From contig OZ024741.1 in NCBI GenBank assembly GCA_964016885.1, forward strand, positions 413,788,001 through 413,852,000: a DNA stretch of 64,000 nt, in the 5' to 3' direction. The DNA is from Eledone cirrhosa (Eukaryota). Below, piece after piece: positions 30,490-46,540 of the stretch. The notes below the pieces were generated by a model that had not been told where the DNA came from, searched no databases, and saw only the letters and a program-made list of their open reading frames with translations. Made by a program: the position numbers and the translations under genes. The first letter of the stretch is position 1; each line of letters starts with the position of its first letter.

Positions 30490-33400
30490 ACTGAGGACCT
30501 TTGTCATGTCACCTACATGACCACTTTACAGTGTGGACTGAGGACCTTTGTCATGTCACCTACATGACCACTTTACAGTGTGGACTGAGGACATTTGTCA
30601 TGTCACCTACATGACCACTTTACAGTGTGGACTGAGGACATTTGTCATGTCACGGACACGACCACTTTACAGTGTGGGCTGAGGACCTTTGTCATGTCAC
30701 CAGCATGACCACTTTACAGTGTTGACTGAGGACCTTTGTCATGTCACCGACACGACCACTTTACAGTGTGGACTGAGGACGTTTGTCATGTCATCTACAT
30801 GACCACTTTACATTGTGGACTGAGGACCTTTGTCATGTCACCTACATGACCACTTTACAGTGTGGACTGAGGACCTTTGTCATGTCACCGACACGACCAC
30901 TTTACAGTGTGGACTGAGGACCTTTGTCATGTCACCTACATGACCACTTTACAGTGTGGACTGAGGACCTTTGTCATGTCACCTGCATGACCACTTTACA
31001 GTGTGTCCTGAGGACCTTTATCACGTCCCCAACATGACCACTTTACAGTGTGGACAGAGGACCTTTGTCATGTCACTGACATGACCACTTTACAGTGTGG
31101 ACTGAGGACCTTTGTCATGTCACTGACACGACCACTTTACAGTGTGGACTGAGGACCTTTGCCATGTCACCTACATGTCCACTTTACAGTGTGGACTGAG
31201 GACCTTTGTCATGTCACCGACACGACCACTTTACAGTGTGGACTGAGGACCTTTGTCATGGCACCGACACAACCACTTTACAGTGTGGACTGAGGACCTT
31301 TGTCATGTCACCGACACGACCACTTTACAGTGTGGACTGAGGACCTTTGTCATGTCAACTACATGACCACTTTACAGTGTGGACTGAGGCTCTTTGTCAT
31401 GTCACCTACATAACCACTTTACAGTGTGGGCTGATGACCTTTGTCATGTCACCGACATGACCACTTTACAGTGTGGACTGAGGACTTTTGTCATGTCACC
31501 CAAACGAACACTTTGCAGTGTGGACTGAGGGTCTTTGTCATGTCACCGACACGACCACTTTACAGTGTGGACTGAGGACTTTTGTCATGTCACCAACCTG
31601 ACCACTTTACAGTGTGGACTGAGGACCTTTGTCATGTCACCAACTTGACCAATTTACAGTGTGGACTGAGGACTTTTGTCATGTCACCAACTTGACCACT
31701 TTACAGTGTGGACTGAGGACCTTTGTCATGTCACCGACACGACCACTTTACAGTGTGGACTGAGAACCTTTGTTATGTCACCGACATGACCACTTTACAG
31801 TGTGGACTGAGGACCTTTGCCATGTCACTGACACGAACACTTTACAGTGTGGACTGAGGACCTTTGTCATGTCACTGACACGACCACTTTAAACTGTGGA
31901 CTGAGGACCTTTGCCATGTCACTGACACGAACACTTTACAGTGTGGACTGAGGACCTTTGTCATGTCACCGACACGACCACTTTACAGTGTGGACTGAGG
32001 ACCTTTGTCATGTCACTGACACGACCACTTTAAACTGTGGACTGAGGATCTTTGCCATGTCAATGACAAGACCACTTTACAGTGTGGACTGAGGACCTTT
32101 GTCATGTCACCAGCATGACCACTTTACAGTGTGGACTGAGGACCTTTGTCATGTCACCAACACGACCACTTTACAGTGTGGACTGAGGACCTTTGTCATG
32201 TCACCGACACGACCACTTTACAGTGTGGACTGACGACCTTTGTAATGTCACCAACTTGACAACTTTACAGTTTGGACTGAGGACCTTTATCATGTCCCCG
32301 ACATGACCACTTTACAGTGTGGACTGAGGACCTTTGTCATGTCCCCGACATGACCACTTTACAGTGTGGACTGAGGACCTTTGTCATGTCACGGACATTA
32401 CCACTTTACAGTGTGGACTGAGGACCTTTGTCATGTCACGGACATTACCACTTTGCAGTGTGGACTGAGGATCTTTATCACGTCACCAACATGACCACTT
32501 TACAATGTGGACTGAGGACCTTTGTCATGTCACTGACACAACCACTTTACAGTGTGGACTGAGGACCTTTGACATGTCACCTACATGACCACATTACAGT
32601 GTGGACTGAGGACCTTTGTCATGTCCCCGACATGACCACTTTACAGTGTGGACTGAGGACCTTTGTCATGTCACGGACATTACCACTTTACAGTGTGGAC
32701 TGAGGAACTTTATCACGTCCCCAACATGACCACTTTACAATGTGGACTGAGGACCTTTGTCATGTCACTGACACAACCACTTTACAGTGTGGACTGAGGA
32801 CCTTTGACATGTCACCTATATGACCACATTACAGTGTGGACTGAGGACCTTTGTCATGTCACTGACATGACCACTTTACAGTGTGGACTGAGGACCTTTG
32901 TCATGTGACGGACATTACCACTTTACAGTGTGGACTGAGGACCTTTGTCATGTCACCTACATGACCACTTTACAGTGTGGACTGAGGACCTTTGTCATGT
33001 CACCTACATGACCACTTTACAGTGTGGACTGAGGACATTTGTCATGTCACCTACATGACCACTTTACAGTGTGGACTGAGGACATTTGTCATGTCACGGA
33101 CACGACCACTTTACAGTGTGGGCTGAGGACCTTTGTCATGTCACCAGCATGACCACTTTACAGTGTTGACTGAGGACCTTTGTCATGTCACCGACACGAC
33201 CACTTTACAGTGTGGACTGAGGACGTTTGTCATGTCATCTACATGACCACTTTACATTGTGGACTGAGGACCTTTGTCATGTCACCTACATGACCACTTT
33301 ACAGTGTGGACTGAGGACCTTTGTCATGTCACCGACACGACCACTTTACAGTGTGGACTGAGGACCTTTGTCATGTCACCTACATGACCACTTTACAGTG

Positions 33401-35380
33401 TGGACTGAGGACCTTTGTCATGTCACCTGCATGACCACTTTACAGTGTGTCCTGAGGACCTTTATCACGTCCCCAACATGACCACTTTACAGTGTGGACA
33501 GAGGACCTTTGTCATGTCACTGACATGACCACTTTACAGTGTGGACTGAGGACCTTTGTCATGTCACTGACACGACCACTTTACAGTGTGGACTGAGGAC
33601 CTTTGCCATGTCACCTACATGTCCACTTTACAGTGTGGACTGAGGACCTTTGTCATGTCACCGACACGACCACTTTACAGTGTGGACTGAGGACCTTTGT
33701 CATGGCACCGACACAACCACTTTACAGTGTGGACTGAGGACCTTTGTCATGTCACCGACACGACCACTTTACAGTGTGGACTGAGGACCTTTGTCATGTC
33801 AACTACATGACCACTTTACAGTGTGGACTGAGGCTCTTTGTCATGTCACCTACATAACCACTTTACAGTGTGGGCTGATGACCTTTGTCATGTCACCGAC
33901 ATGACCACTTTACAGTGTGGACTGAGGACTTTTGTCATGTCACCCAAACGACCACTTTGCAGTGTGGACTGAGGGTCTTTGTCATGTCACCGACACGACC
34001 ACTTTACAGTGTGGACTGAGGACTTTTGTCATGTCACCAACCTGACCACTTTACAGTGTGGACTGAGGACCTTTGTCATGTCACCAACTTGACCAATTTA
34101 CAGTGTGGACTGAGGACTTTTGTCATGTCACCAACTTGACCACTTTACAGTGTGGACTGAGGACCTTTGTCATGTCACCGACACGACCACTTTACAGTGT
34201 GGACTGAGAACCTTTGTTATGTCACCGACATGACCACTTTACAGTGTGGACTGAGGACCTTTGCCATGTCACTGACACGAACACTTTACAGTGTGGACTG
34301 AGGACCTTTGTCATGTCACTGACACGACCACTTTAAACTGTGGACTGAGGACCTTTGCCATGTCACTGACACGAACACTTTACAGTGTGGACTGAGGACC
34401 TTTGTCATGTCACCGACACGACCACTTTACAGTGTGGACTGAGGACCTTTGTCATGTCACTGACACGACCACTTTAAACTGTGGACTGAGGATCTTTGCC
34501 ATGTCAATGACAAGACCACTTTACAGTGTGGACTGAGGACCTTTGTCATGTCACCAGCATGACCACTTTACAGTGTGGACTGAGGACCTTTGTCATGTCA
34601 CCAACACGACCACTTTACAGTGTGGACTGAGGACCTTTGTCATGTCACCGACACGACCACTTTACAGTGTGGACTGACGACCTTTGTAATGTCACCAACT
34701 TGACAACTTTACAGTTTGGACTGAGGACCTTTATCATGTCCCCGACATGACCACTTTACAGTGTGGACTGAGGACCTTTGTCATGTCCCCGACATGACCA
34801 CTTTACAGTGTGGACTGAGGACCTTTGTCATGTCACGGACATTACCACTTTACAGTGTGGACTGAGGACCTTTGTCATGTCACGGACATTACCACTTTGC
34901 AGTGTGGACTGAGGATCTTTATCACGTCACCAACATGACCACTTTACAATGTGGACTGAGGACCTTTGTCATGTCACTGACACAACCACTTTACAGTGTG
35001 GACTGAGGACCTTTGACATGTCACCTACATGACCACATTACAGTGTGGACTGAGGACCTTTGTCATGTCCCCGACATGACCACTTTACAGTGTGGACTGA
35101 GGACCTTTGTCATGTCACGGACATTACCACTTTACAGTGTGGACTGAGGAACTTTATCACGTCCCCAACATGACCACTTTACAATGTGGACTGAGGACCT
35201 TTGTCATGTCACTGACACAACCACTTTACAGTGTGGACTGAGGACCTTTGACATGTCACCTATATGACCACATTACAGTGTGGACTGAGGACCTTTGTCA
35301 TGTCACTGACATGACCACTTTACAGTGTGGACTGAGGACCTTTGTCATGTCACGGACATTACCACTTTACAGTGTGGACT
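30490..35380 (+). repeat. Near-perfect 2444-bp (52-monomer) tandem duplication
   Basis: GGACAGAGG is at ~31054 and 33498, and CAATGACAAG is at 32061 and 34505. Both offsets are exactly 2444. Few differences were seen (CAAACGAACA at 31501 vs CAAACGACCA at ~33945). Confidence 0.92.
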
Positions 35381-38300
35381 GAGGAACTTTGTCATGTCAC
35401 CATGACCACTTTACAGTGTGGACTCAGGACCTTTGTCATGTCACTGACATGACTACTTTAAACTGTGGACTGAGGACCTTTGTCATGTCAACTACATGAC
35501 CACTTTACAGTGTGGACTGAGGACCTTTGTCATGTGACCGACATGACCACTCTACAGTGTGGACTGAGGACCTTTGCCATGTCACCTACATGACCACTTT
35601 ACGGTGTGGACTGAGGACCTTTATCATGCCCTCGACATGACGACTTTAGAGTGTGGACTGAGGACCTTTGTCATGTCACTGACACGACCACTTTGCAGTG
35701 TGGACTGAGGACCTTTGTCATGTCACCATGACCACGTTACCGTGTGGACTGAGGACCTTTGTCATGTTACCGTCACGACCAAGTTACAGTGTGGACGAGG
35801 ACCTTTGTCATGTGACCGACATGACAACTCTACAGTGTGGAGTGAGGACCTTTGTCATGTCACCGACGTGACCACTCTACAGTGTGGACTGAGGACCTTT
35901 GTCATGTCACCTACATGACCACTTTACAGTGTAGACTGAGGACCTTTATCATGTCCCCGACATGACCACTTTACAGTGTGGACTGAGGACCTTTGTCATG
36001 TCCCCGACATGACCACTTTACAGTGTGGACTGAAGACCTTTGTCATGTCACTGACACGACCACTTTACAGTGTGGACTGAGGACCTTTGTCATGTCACCG
36101 ACATGACCACTTTACAGTGTGGACTGAGGACCTTTGTCATGTCACCGACACGACCACTTTACAGTGTGGACTGAGGACCTTTGTCATGTCACTAACTTGA
36201 CCACTTTACAGTGTGGACTGAGGACATTTGTCATGTCACCTCCACGACCACTTTACAATGTGGACTGAGGACCTTTGTCATGTCACATACATGACCACTT
36301 TACAGTGTGGACTGAGTACCTTTGTCATGTCACCGACATGACCACTTTACAGTGTGGACTGAGGACCTTTGTCATGTCACGGACATGACCACTTTACAGT
36401 GTGGACTGAGGACCTTTGTCATGTCACCGACATGACCACTTTACAGTGTGGACTGAGGACCTTTATCATGCCCCCCACATGACCACTTTACAGTGTGGAC
36501 TGAGGACCTTTGTCATGTCACCAACACGACCACTTTACAGTGTGGACTGAGGCCCTTTGTCATGTCACCTACATGACCACTTTACAGTGTGGACTGAGGA
36601 CCTTTATCACGTCCCCAACATGACCACTTTACAGTGTGGACTGAGGACCTTTGTCATGTCACTGACACAACCACTTTACAGTGTGGACTGAGGATCTTTG
36701 TCATGTCACCTACATGATCACTTTACAGTGTGGACTGAGGACCTTTGTCATGTCACCGACATGACCACTTTACAGTGTGGACTGAGGACCTTTGTCATGT
36801 CACCGACATGACCACTGTACAGTGTGGTCTAAGGACTTTTGTCATGTCACCGACACGACCACTTTACAGTGTGGACTGAGGGTCTTTGTCATGTCACCGA
36901 CACGACCACTTTACAGTGTGGACTGAGGACCTTTGTCATGTCACCATGACCACTTTACAGTGTGGACTGAGGACCTTTGTCATGTTACTGACATGACCAC
37001 TTTACAGTGTGGACTGAGGACCTTTGTCATGTGACCGACATGACCACTTTACAGTGTGGACTGAGGATCGTTGTCATGTCACTGACACGTCCACGTTACA
37101 GTGTGGACTGAGGACCTTTGTCATGTCACCTACACGACCACTTTACAGTGTGGACTGAGGACCTTTGTCATGTCACCTACACGACCACCTTACAGTGTGG
37201 ACTGAGGACCTTTGTCATGTCACCGACACGACCACTTTACAGTGAGGACTGAGGGTCTTTGTCATGTTACTGACATGACCACTTTACAGTGTGGACTGAG
37301 GACCTTTGTCATGTCACCTACACGACCACTTTACAGTGTGGTCTGAGTACCTTTGTCATGTTACTGACATGACCACTTTACAGTGTGGACTGAGGACCTT
37401 TGTCATGTCACCTACATGACCACGTTACAGTGTGGACTGAGGACCTTTGTCATGTCACCTACACGTCCACTTTACAGTGTGGACTGAGGACCTTTGTCAT
37501 GTCACCTACATGACCACTTTACGGTGTGGACTGAGGACCTTTGTCATGTCACTGACACGACCACTTTACAGTGTGTACTGAGGACCTTTGCCATGTCACC
37601 TACATGACCACTTTACAGTGTGGACTGAGGACCTTTATCATGCCCCCGACATGACCAATTTACAGTGTGTACTGAGGACCTTTGTCATGTCACCAACATG
37701 ACCACTTTACAGTATGGACTGAGGACATTTGTCATGTCACTGACACGACCACTTTACAGTGTGTACTGAGTACCTTTGCCATGTCACCTACATGACCACT
37801 TTACAGTGTGGACTGAGGACCTTTATCATGCCCCCCACATGACCACTTTACAGTGTGGACTGAGGACCTTTGTCATGTCACCAACACGACCACTTTACAG
37901 TGTGGACTGAGGACCTTTGTCATGTCACCAACATGACCACGTTACAGTGTGGACTGAGGACCTTTGCCATGTCACCTACATGACCACTTTACGGTGTGGA
38001 CTGAGGACCTTTGTGATGTCACCAACATGACCACTTTACAGTGTGGACTGAGGACCTTTGTCATGTCACCAACATGACCACGTTACAGTGTGGACTGAGG
38101 ACCTTTGTCATGTCACCAACATGACCACTTTACAGTGTGGACTGAGGACCTTTGTCATGTCACCGACACGACCACTTTACAGTGTGGACTGAGGACCTTT
38201 GTCAAGTCACTGACACGACCACTTTACAGTGTGGACTGAGGACCTTTTTCATGTCAACGACACGACCACTTTACAGTGTGGACTGAGGACATTTGTCATG

Positions 38301-38449
38301 TCACCTACATGACCATTTTACAGTGTGGACTGAGGACCTTTGTCATGTCACCGACACGACCACTTTACAGTGTGGACTGAGGACCTTTGTCATGTCACTA
38401 ACTTGACCACTCTACAGTGTGGACTGAGGACCTTTTTCATGTCAATGAC

Positions 38450-41400
38450 ACGACCACTTTACAGTGTGGACTGAGGACATTTGTCATGTCACCTACATGA
38501 CCATTTTACAGTGTGGACTGAGGACCTTTGTCATGTCACCGACACAACCACTTTACAGTGTGGACTGATGACCTTTGTCATGTCACCGACACAACCACTT
38601 TACAGTGTGGACTGAGGACCTTTGTCATGTCACTGACAGGACCACTTTACAGTGTGGACTGAGGACCTTTGTCATGTCACCGACACGACCACTTCACAGT
38701 GTGGACTGAGGACATTTGTCATGTCACGGACATGACCACATTACAGTGTGGACTGAGGACTTTTGTCATGTCAAAGACATGACCACTTTACAGTGTGGAC
38801 TGAAGACCTTTGTAATGTCACCAACTTGACCACTTTACAGTGTGGACTGAGGACCTTTGTCATGTCACCTACATGACCACTTTACAGTGTGGACTGAGGA
38901 CCTTTGTCATGTCACCTACATGACCACTTTTCAGTGTGGACTGAGGACCTTTGTCATGTTACCGACACGACCACGTTACAGTGTGGACTGAGGACCTTTG
39001 TCATGTCACCGACACGTCCACTTTACAGTGTGGACTGAGGACCTTTGTCATGTGACCGACATGACCTCTCTACAGTGTGGACTGAGGACCTTTGTCATGT
39101 GACCGACATGACCACTCTACAGTGTGGACTGAGGACCTTGGCCATGTCACCTACACGACCACTTTACAGTGTGGACTGAGGACCTTTGTCATGTCACCTA
39201 CATGACCACTTTACAGTGTGTACTGAGGCCCTTTGTCATGTCACCTACATGACCACTTTACAGTGTGGACTGAGGACCTTTATCACGTCCCCAACATGAC
39301 CACTTTACAGTGTGGACTGAGGACTTTTGTCATGTCACCGACACGACCACTTTACAGTGTGGACTGAGGGTCTTTGTCATGTCACCGACACGACCACTTT
39401 ACAGTGTGGACTGAGGACCTTTGTCATGTCACCAACTTGACCACTTCACAGTGTGGACTGAGGACCTTTGTCATGTCACTGACACGACCACTTTAAACTG
39501 TGGACTGAGGAGCTTTGTCATGTCACCATGACCACTTTACAGTGTGGACTGAGGACCTTTGTCATGTCACTGACACGTCCACGTTACAGTGTGGACTGAG
39601 GACCTTTGTCATGTCACCTACACGACCACTTTACAGTGTGGACTGAGGACTTTTGTCATGTCACCTACACGACCACTTTACAGTGTGGACTGAGGACCTT
39701 TGTCATGTCACCGGCACGACCACTTTACAGTGAGGTCTGAGGGTCTTTGTCATGTCACTGACATGACCACTTTACAGTGTGGACTGAGGACCTTTGTCAT
39801 GTCACCTACATGACCACTTTACAGTGTGGACTGAGGACCTTTGTCATGTTACTGACAAGACCACGTTACAGTGTGGACTGAGGACCTTTGTCATGTCACC
39901 GATACGACCACTTTACAGTGTGGACTGAGGACCTTTGTCATGTCACCTACATGACCATTTTACAGTGTGGACTGAGGACCTTTGTCATGTCACCGACACA
40001 ACCACTTTACAGTGTGGACTCATGACCTTTGTCATGTCACCGACACAACCACTTTACAGTGTGGACTGAGGACCTTTATCATGTCACCTACATGACCACT
40101 TTACAGTGTGGGCTGAGGACCTTTGTCATGTCATTGACAGGACCACTTTACAGTGTGGACTGAGGACCTTTGTCATGTCACCGACACGTCCACTTTACAG
40201 TGTGGACTGAGGACCTTTGTCATGTGACCGACACGACCACTTTACAGTGTGGACTGAGGACCTTTGTCATGTCACCGATACGACAACTTTACAGTGTGGA
40301 CTGAGGACCTTTGTCATGTCACCTACATGACCATTTTACAGTGTGGACTGAGGACTTTTGTCATGTCACCGACATGACCACTTTACAGTGTGGACTGAAG
40401 ACCTTTGTAATGTCACCAACTTGACCACTTTACAGTGTGGACTGAGGAGCTTTGTCATGTCACCTACATGACCACTTTTCAGTGTGGACTGAGGACCTTT
40501 GTCATGTCACCAACACGACCACTTTACAGTGTGGACTGAGGACCTTTGTCATGTCACCGACACGTCCACTTTACAGTGTGGACTGAGGACCTTTGTCATG
40601 TGACCGACATGACCTCTCTACAGTGTGGACTGAGCACCTTTGTCATGTGACCGACATGACCATTCTACAGTGTGGACTGAGGACCTTTGCCATGTCACCT
40701 ACATGACCACTTTACGGTGTGGACTGAGGACCTTTATCATGCCCCTGACATGACTACTTTACAGTGTGGACTGAGGACCTTTTTCATGTCAACGACACGA
40801 CCACTTTACAGTGTGGACTGAGGACATTTGTCATGTCACCTACATGACCATTTTACAGTGTGGACTGAGGACCTTTGTCATGTCACCAACACAACCACTT
40901 TACAGTGTGGACTGATGACCTTTGTCATGTCACCGACACAACCACTTTACAGTGTGGACTGAGGACCTTTGTCATGTCACTGACAGGACCACTTTACAGT
41001 GTGGACTGAGGACCTTTGTCATGTCACCGACACGACCACTTTACAGTGTGGACTGAGGACATTTGTCATGTCACGGACATGACCACATTACAGTGTGGAC
41101 TGAGGACTTTTGACATGTCACCGACATGACCACTTTACAGTGTGGACTGAAGACCTTTGTAATGTCACCAACTTGACCACTTTACAGTGTGGACTGAGGA
41201 CCTTTGTCATGTCACCTACATGACCACTTTTCAGTGTGGACTGAGGACCTTTGTCATGTCACGAACACGACCACTTTACAGTGTGGACTGAGGACCTTTG
41301 TCATGTTACCGACACGACCACGTTACAGTGTGGACTGAGGACCTTTGTCATGTGACCGACATGACCTCTCTACAGTGTGGACTGAGGACCTTTGTCATGT

Positions 41401-43260
41401 GACCGACATGACCACTCTACAGTGTGGACTGAGGACCTTGGCCATGTCACCTACACGACCACTTTACAGTGTGGACTGAGGACCTTTGTCATGTCACCTA
41501 CACGACCACTTTACAGTGTGTACTGAGGCCCTTTGTCATGTCACCTACATGACCACTTTACAGTGTGGACTGAGGACCTTTATCACGTCCCCAACATGAC
41601 CACTTTACAGTGTGGACTGAGGACCTTTGTCATGTCACTGACACAACCACTTTACAGTGTGGACTGAGGATCTTTGTCATATCACCTACATGACCACTTT
41701 ACAGTGTGGACTGAGGACCTTTGTCATGTCACCGACATGACCACTTTACAGTGTGGACTGAGGACCTTTGTCATGTCACCGACATGACCACTCTACAGTG
41801 TGGACTGAGGGTCTTTGTCATGTCACCGACACGACCACTTTACAGTGTGGACTGAGGACCTTTGTCATGTCACCAACTTGACCACTTCACAGTGTGGACT
41901 GAGGACCTTTGTCATGTCACTGACACGACCACATTAAACTGTGGACTGAGGAGCTTTGTCATGTCACCATGACCACTTTACAGTGTGGACTGAGGATCTT
42001 TGTCATGTCACTGACACGTCCACGTTACAGTGTGGACTGAGGACCTTTGTCATGTCACCTACACGACCACTTTACAGTGTGGACTGAGGACCTTTGTCAT
42101 GTCACCTACACGACCACTTTACAGTGTGGACTGAGGACCTTTGTCATGTCACCGGCACGACCACTTTACAGTGAGGACTGAGGGTCTTTGTCATGTCACT
42201 GACATGACCACTTTACAGTGTGGACTGAGGACCTTTGTCATGTCACCTACATGACCACTTTACAGTGTGGACTGAGGACCTTTGTCATGTTACTGACAAG
42301 ACCACGTTACAGTGTGGACTGAGGACCTTTGTCATGTCACCGATACGACCACTTTACAGTGTGGACTGAGGACCTTTGTCATGTCACCTACATGACCATT
42401 TTACAGTGTGGACTGAGGACCTTTGTCATGTCACCGACACAACCACTTTACAGTGTGGACTGATGACCTTTGTCATGTCACCGACACAACCACTTTACAG
42501 TGTGGACTGAGGACCTTTATCATGTCACCTACATGACCACTTTACAGTGTGGGCTGAGGACGTTTATCATGTCACCTACATGACCACTTTACAGTGTGGA
42601 CTGAGGACCTTTGTCATGTCATTGACAGGACCACTTTACAGTGTGGACTGAGGACCTTTGTCATGTCACCGACACGTCCACTTTACAGTGTGGACTGAGG
42701 ACCTTTGTCATGTCACCGATACGACAACTTTACAGTGTGGACTGAGGACCTTTGTCATGTCACCTACATGACCATTTTACAGTGTGGACTGAGGACTTTT
42801 GTCATGTCACCGACATGACCACTTTACAGTGTGGACTGAAGACCTTTGTAATGTCACCAACTTGACCACTTTACAGTGTGGACTGAGGAGCTTTGTCATG
42901 TCACCTACATGACCACTTTTCAGTGTGGACTGAGGACCTTTGTCATGTCACCAACACGACCACTTTACAGTGTGGACTGAGGACCTTTGTCATGTTACCG
43001 ACACGACCACGTTACAGTGTGGACTGAGGACCTTTGTCATGTCACCGACACGTCCACTTTACAGTGTGGACTGAGGACCTTTGTCATGTGACCGACATGA
43101 CCTCTCTACAGTGTGGACTGAGCACCTTTGTCATGTGACCGACATGACCATTCTACAGTGTGGACTGAGGACCTTTGCCATGTCACCTACATGACCACTT
43201 TACGGTGTGGACTGAGGACCTTTATCATGCCCCCGACATGACTACTTTACAGTGTGGACT
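38450..43260 (+). repeat. ~2.3-2.5 kb tandem duplication (49+ monomers)
   Basis: GACCTTGGCC is at 39134 and 41434, and GTACTGAGGCCC is at 39220 and 41520 (2300=49x47-3). Shared ACCGGCACG, TTACTGACAAG and CATTGACAGG variants follow in order. Confidence 0.85.
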
Positions 43261-44019
43261 GAGGACCTTCGTCATGTCACTGACACGACCACTTTACAGT
43301 GTGGACTGAGGACCTTTGCCATGTCACCTACATGACCACTTTACAGCGTGGACTGAGGACCTTTATCATGCCCCCGACATGACCACTTTACAGTGTGGAC
43401 TGAGGACCTTTGTCATGTCACCGATACGACCACTTTACAGTGTGGACTGAGGACCTTTGTCATGTCAACGACATGACCACTTTACAGTGTGGACTGAGGA
43501 CCTTTGTCATTTCACCAACTTGACCATTTTACAGTTTGGACTGAGGACCTTTGTCATGTCACCGACACAACCACTTTAGAGTGTGGACTGATGACCTTTG
43601 TCATGTCACCGACACAACCACTTTACAGTGAGGACTGAGGACCTTTATCATGTCACCTACATGACCACTTTACAGTGTGGGCTGAGGACCTTTATCATGT
43701 CACCTACATGACCACTTTACAGTGTGGACTGAGGACCTTTGTCATGTCACTGACAGGACCACTTTACAGTGTGGACTGAGGACCTTTGTCATGCCACCGA
43801 CACGACCACTTTACAGTGTGGACTGAGGACATTTGTCATATCACGGACATGACCACATTACAGTGTGGACGGAGGACCTTTGTCATGTCACTGACACGAC
43901 CACTTTGCAGTGTGGACTGAGGACCTTTGTCATGTCACCGACACGACCACTTTGCAGTGTAGACTGAGGGTCTTTGTCATGTCACCGACACGACCACTTT
44001 ACAGTGTGGACTGAGGACT

Positions 44020-46540
44020 TTTGTCATGTCACCAACCTGACCACTTTACAGTGTGGACTGAGGACCTTTGTCATGTCACCAACTTGACCACTTTACAGTG
44101 TGGACTGAGGACTTTTGTCATGTCACCAACTTGACCACTTTACAGTGTGGACTGAGCACCTTTGTCATGTCACTGACATGACCACTTTAAACTGTGGACT
44201 GAGGACCTTTGCCATGTCACTGACACGACCACTTTACAGTGTGGACTGAGGACCTTTGTCATGTCACCGACACGACCACTTTACAGTGTGGACTGAGGAC
44301 CTTTGTCATGTCACTGACACGACCACTTTACAGTGTGGACTGAGGACCTTTGTCATGTCACCGACACGACCACTTTACAGTGTGGACTGAGGTCCTTTGT
44401 CATGTCACTGACACGACCACTTTACAGTGTGGACTGAGGACCTTTGTCATGTCACCGACACAACCACTTTACAGTGTGGACTGAGGACCTTTGTCATGTC
44501 ACCGACACGACCACTTTACAGTGTGGACTGAGGACCTTTGTCATGTCACGGACATGACCACTTTACAGTGTGGACTGAGGACCTTTGTCATGTCACCAGC
44601 ATGACCACTTTACAGTGTGGACTGAGGACCTTTGCCATGTCACTGACACGACCACTTTACAGTGTGGACTGAGGACCTTTGTCATGTCACGGACATGACC
44701 ACTTTACAGTGTGGACAGAGGACCTTTGTAATGTCACCAACTTGACCACTTTACAGTGTGAACTGAGGACCTTTGTCATGTCACTGACACGACCACTTTA
44801 CAGTGTGGACTGAGGACCTTTATCATGTCCCCGACATGACCACTTTACAGTGTGGACTGAGGACCTTTGTCATGTCACTGACACGACCACTTTACAGTGT
44901 GGACTGAGGACTTTTGTCATGTCACCAACCTGACCACTTTACAGTGTGGACTGAGGACCTTTGTCATGTCACCAACTTGACCACTTTACAGTGTGGACTG
45001 AGGACTTTTGTCATGTCACCAACTTGACCACTTTACAGTGTGGACTGAGGACCTTTGTCATGTCACTGACATGACCACTTTAAACTGTGGACTGAGGACC
45101 TTTGCCATGTCACTGACACGACCACTTTACAGTGTGGACTGAGGACCTTTGTCATGTCACCGACACGACCACTTTACAGTGTGGACTGAGGACCTTTGTC
45201 ATGTCACTGACACGACCACTTTACAGTGTGGACTGAGGACCTTTGTCATGTCACCGACACGACCACTTTACAGTGTGGACTGAGGTCCTTTGTCATGTCA
45301 CTGACACGACCACTTTACAGTGTGGACTGAGGACCTTTGTCATGTCACCGACACAACCACTTTACAGTGTGGACTGAGGACCTTTGTCATGTCACCGACA
45401 CGACCACTTTACAGTGTGGACTGAGGACCTTTGTCATGTCACAGACATGACCACTTTACAGTGTGGACTGAGGACCTTTGTCATGTCACCAGCATGACCA
45501 CTTTACAGTGTGGACTGAGGACCTTTGCCATGTCACTGACACGACCACTTTACAGTGTGGACTGAGGACCTTTGTAATGTCACCAACTTGACCACTTTAC
45601 AGTGTGAACTGAGGACCTTTGTCATGTCACTGACACGACCACTTTACAGTGTGGACTGAGGACCTTTATCATGTCCCCGACATGACCACTTTACAGTGTG
45701 GACTGAGGACCTTTGTCATGTCACTGACACGACCACTTTACAGTGTGGACTGAGGACTTTTGTCATGTCACCAACCTGACCACTTTACAGTGTGGACTGA
45801 GGACCTTTGTCATGTCACCAACTTGACCACTTTACAGTGTGGACTGAGGACTTTTGTCATGTCACCAACTTGACCACTTTACAGTGTGGACTGAGGACCT
45901 TTGTCATGTCACTGACATGACCACTTTAAACTGTGGACTGAGGACCTTTGCCATGTCACTGACACGACCACTTTACAGTGTGGACTGAGGACCTTTGTCA
46001 TGTCACCGACACGACCACTTTACAGTGTGGACTGAGGACCTTTGTCATGTCACTGACACGACCACTTTACAGTGTGGACTGAGGACCTTTGTCATGTCAC
46101 CGACACGACCACTTTACAGTGTGGACTGAGGTCCTTTGTCATGTCACTGACACGACCACTTTACAGTGTGGACTGAGGACCTTTGTCATGTCACCGACAC
46201 AACCACTTTACAGTGTGGACTGAGGACCTTTGTCATGTCACCGACACGACCACTTTACAGTGTGGACTGAGGACCTTTGTCATGTCACAGACATGACCAC
46301 TTTACAGTGTGGACTGAGGACCTTTGTCATGTCACCAGCATGACCACTTTACAGTGTGGACTGAGGACCTTTGCCATGTCACTGACACGACCACTTTACA
46401 GTGTGGACTGAGGACCTTTGTAATGTCATCAACTTGACCACTTTACAGTGTGAACTGAGGACCTTTGTCATGTCACTGACACGACCACTTTACAGTGTGG
46501 ACTGAGGACCTTTATCATGTCCTCGACATGACCACTTTAC
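44020..46540 (+). repeat. Triplicated 18-19-monomer block (893 and 846 bp)
   Basis: GGTCCTTTG is at 44391, 45284 and 46130. The offsets are 893=19x47 and 846=18x47, with the same order of CCAACCTG/AACTTG/AAACTG variants. Confidence 0.88.

Noticed and set aside
38695-41893. V(D)J RSS heptamer CACAGTG (consensus has TACAGTG; exact at ~38695, 39447, 41887)
   Set aside because: No ACAAAAACC-like nonamer at 12 or 23 bp and no gene segments. These are single-base variants of the monomer.
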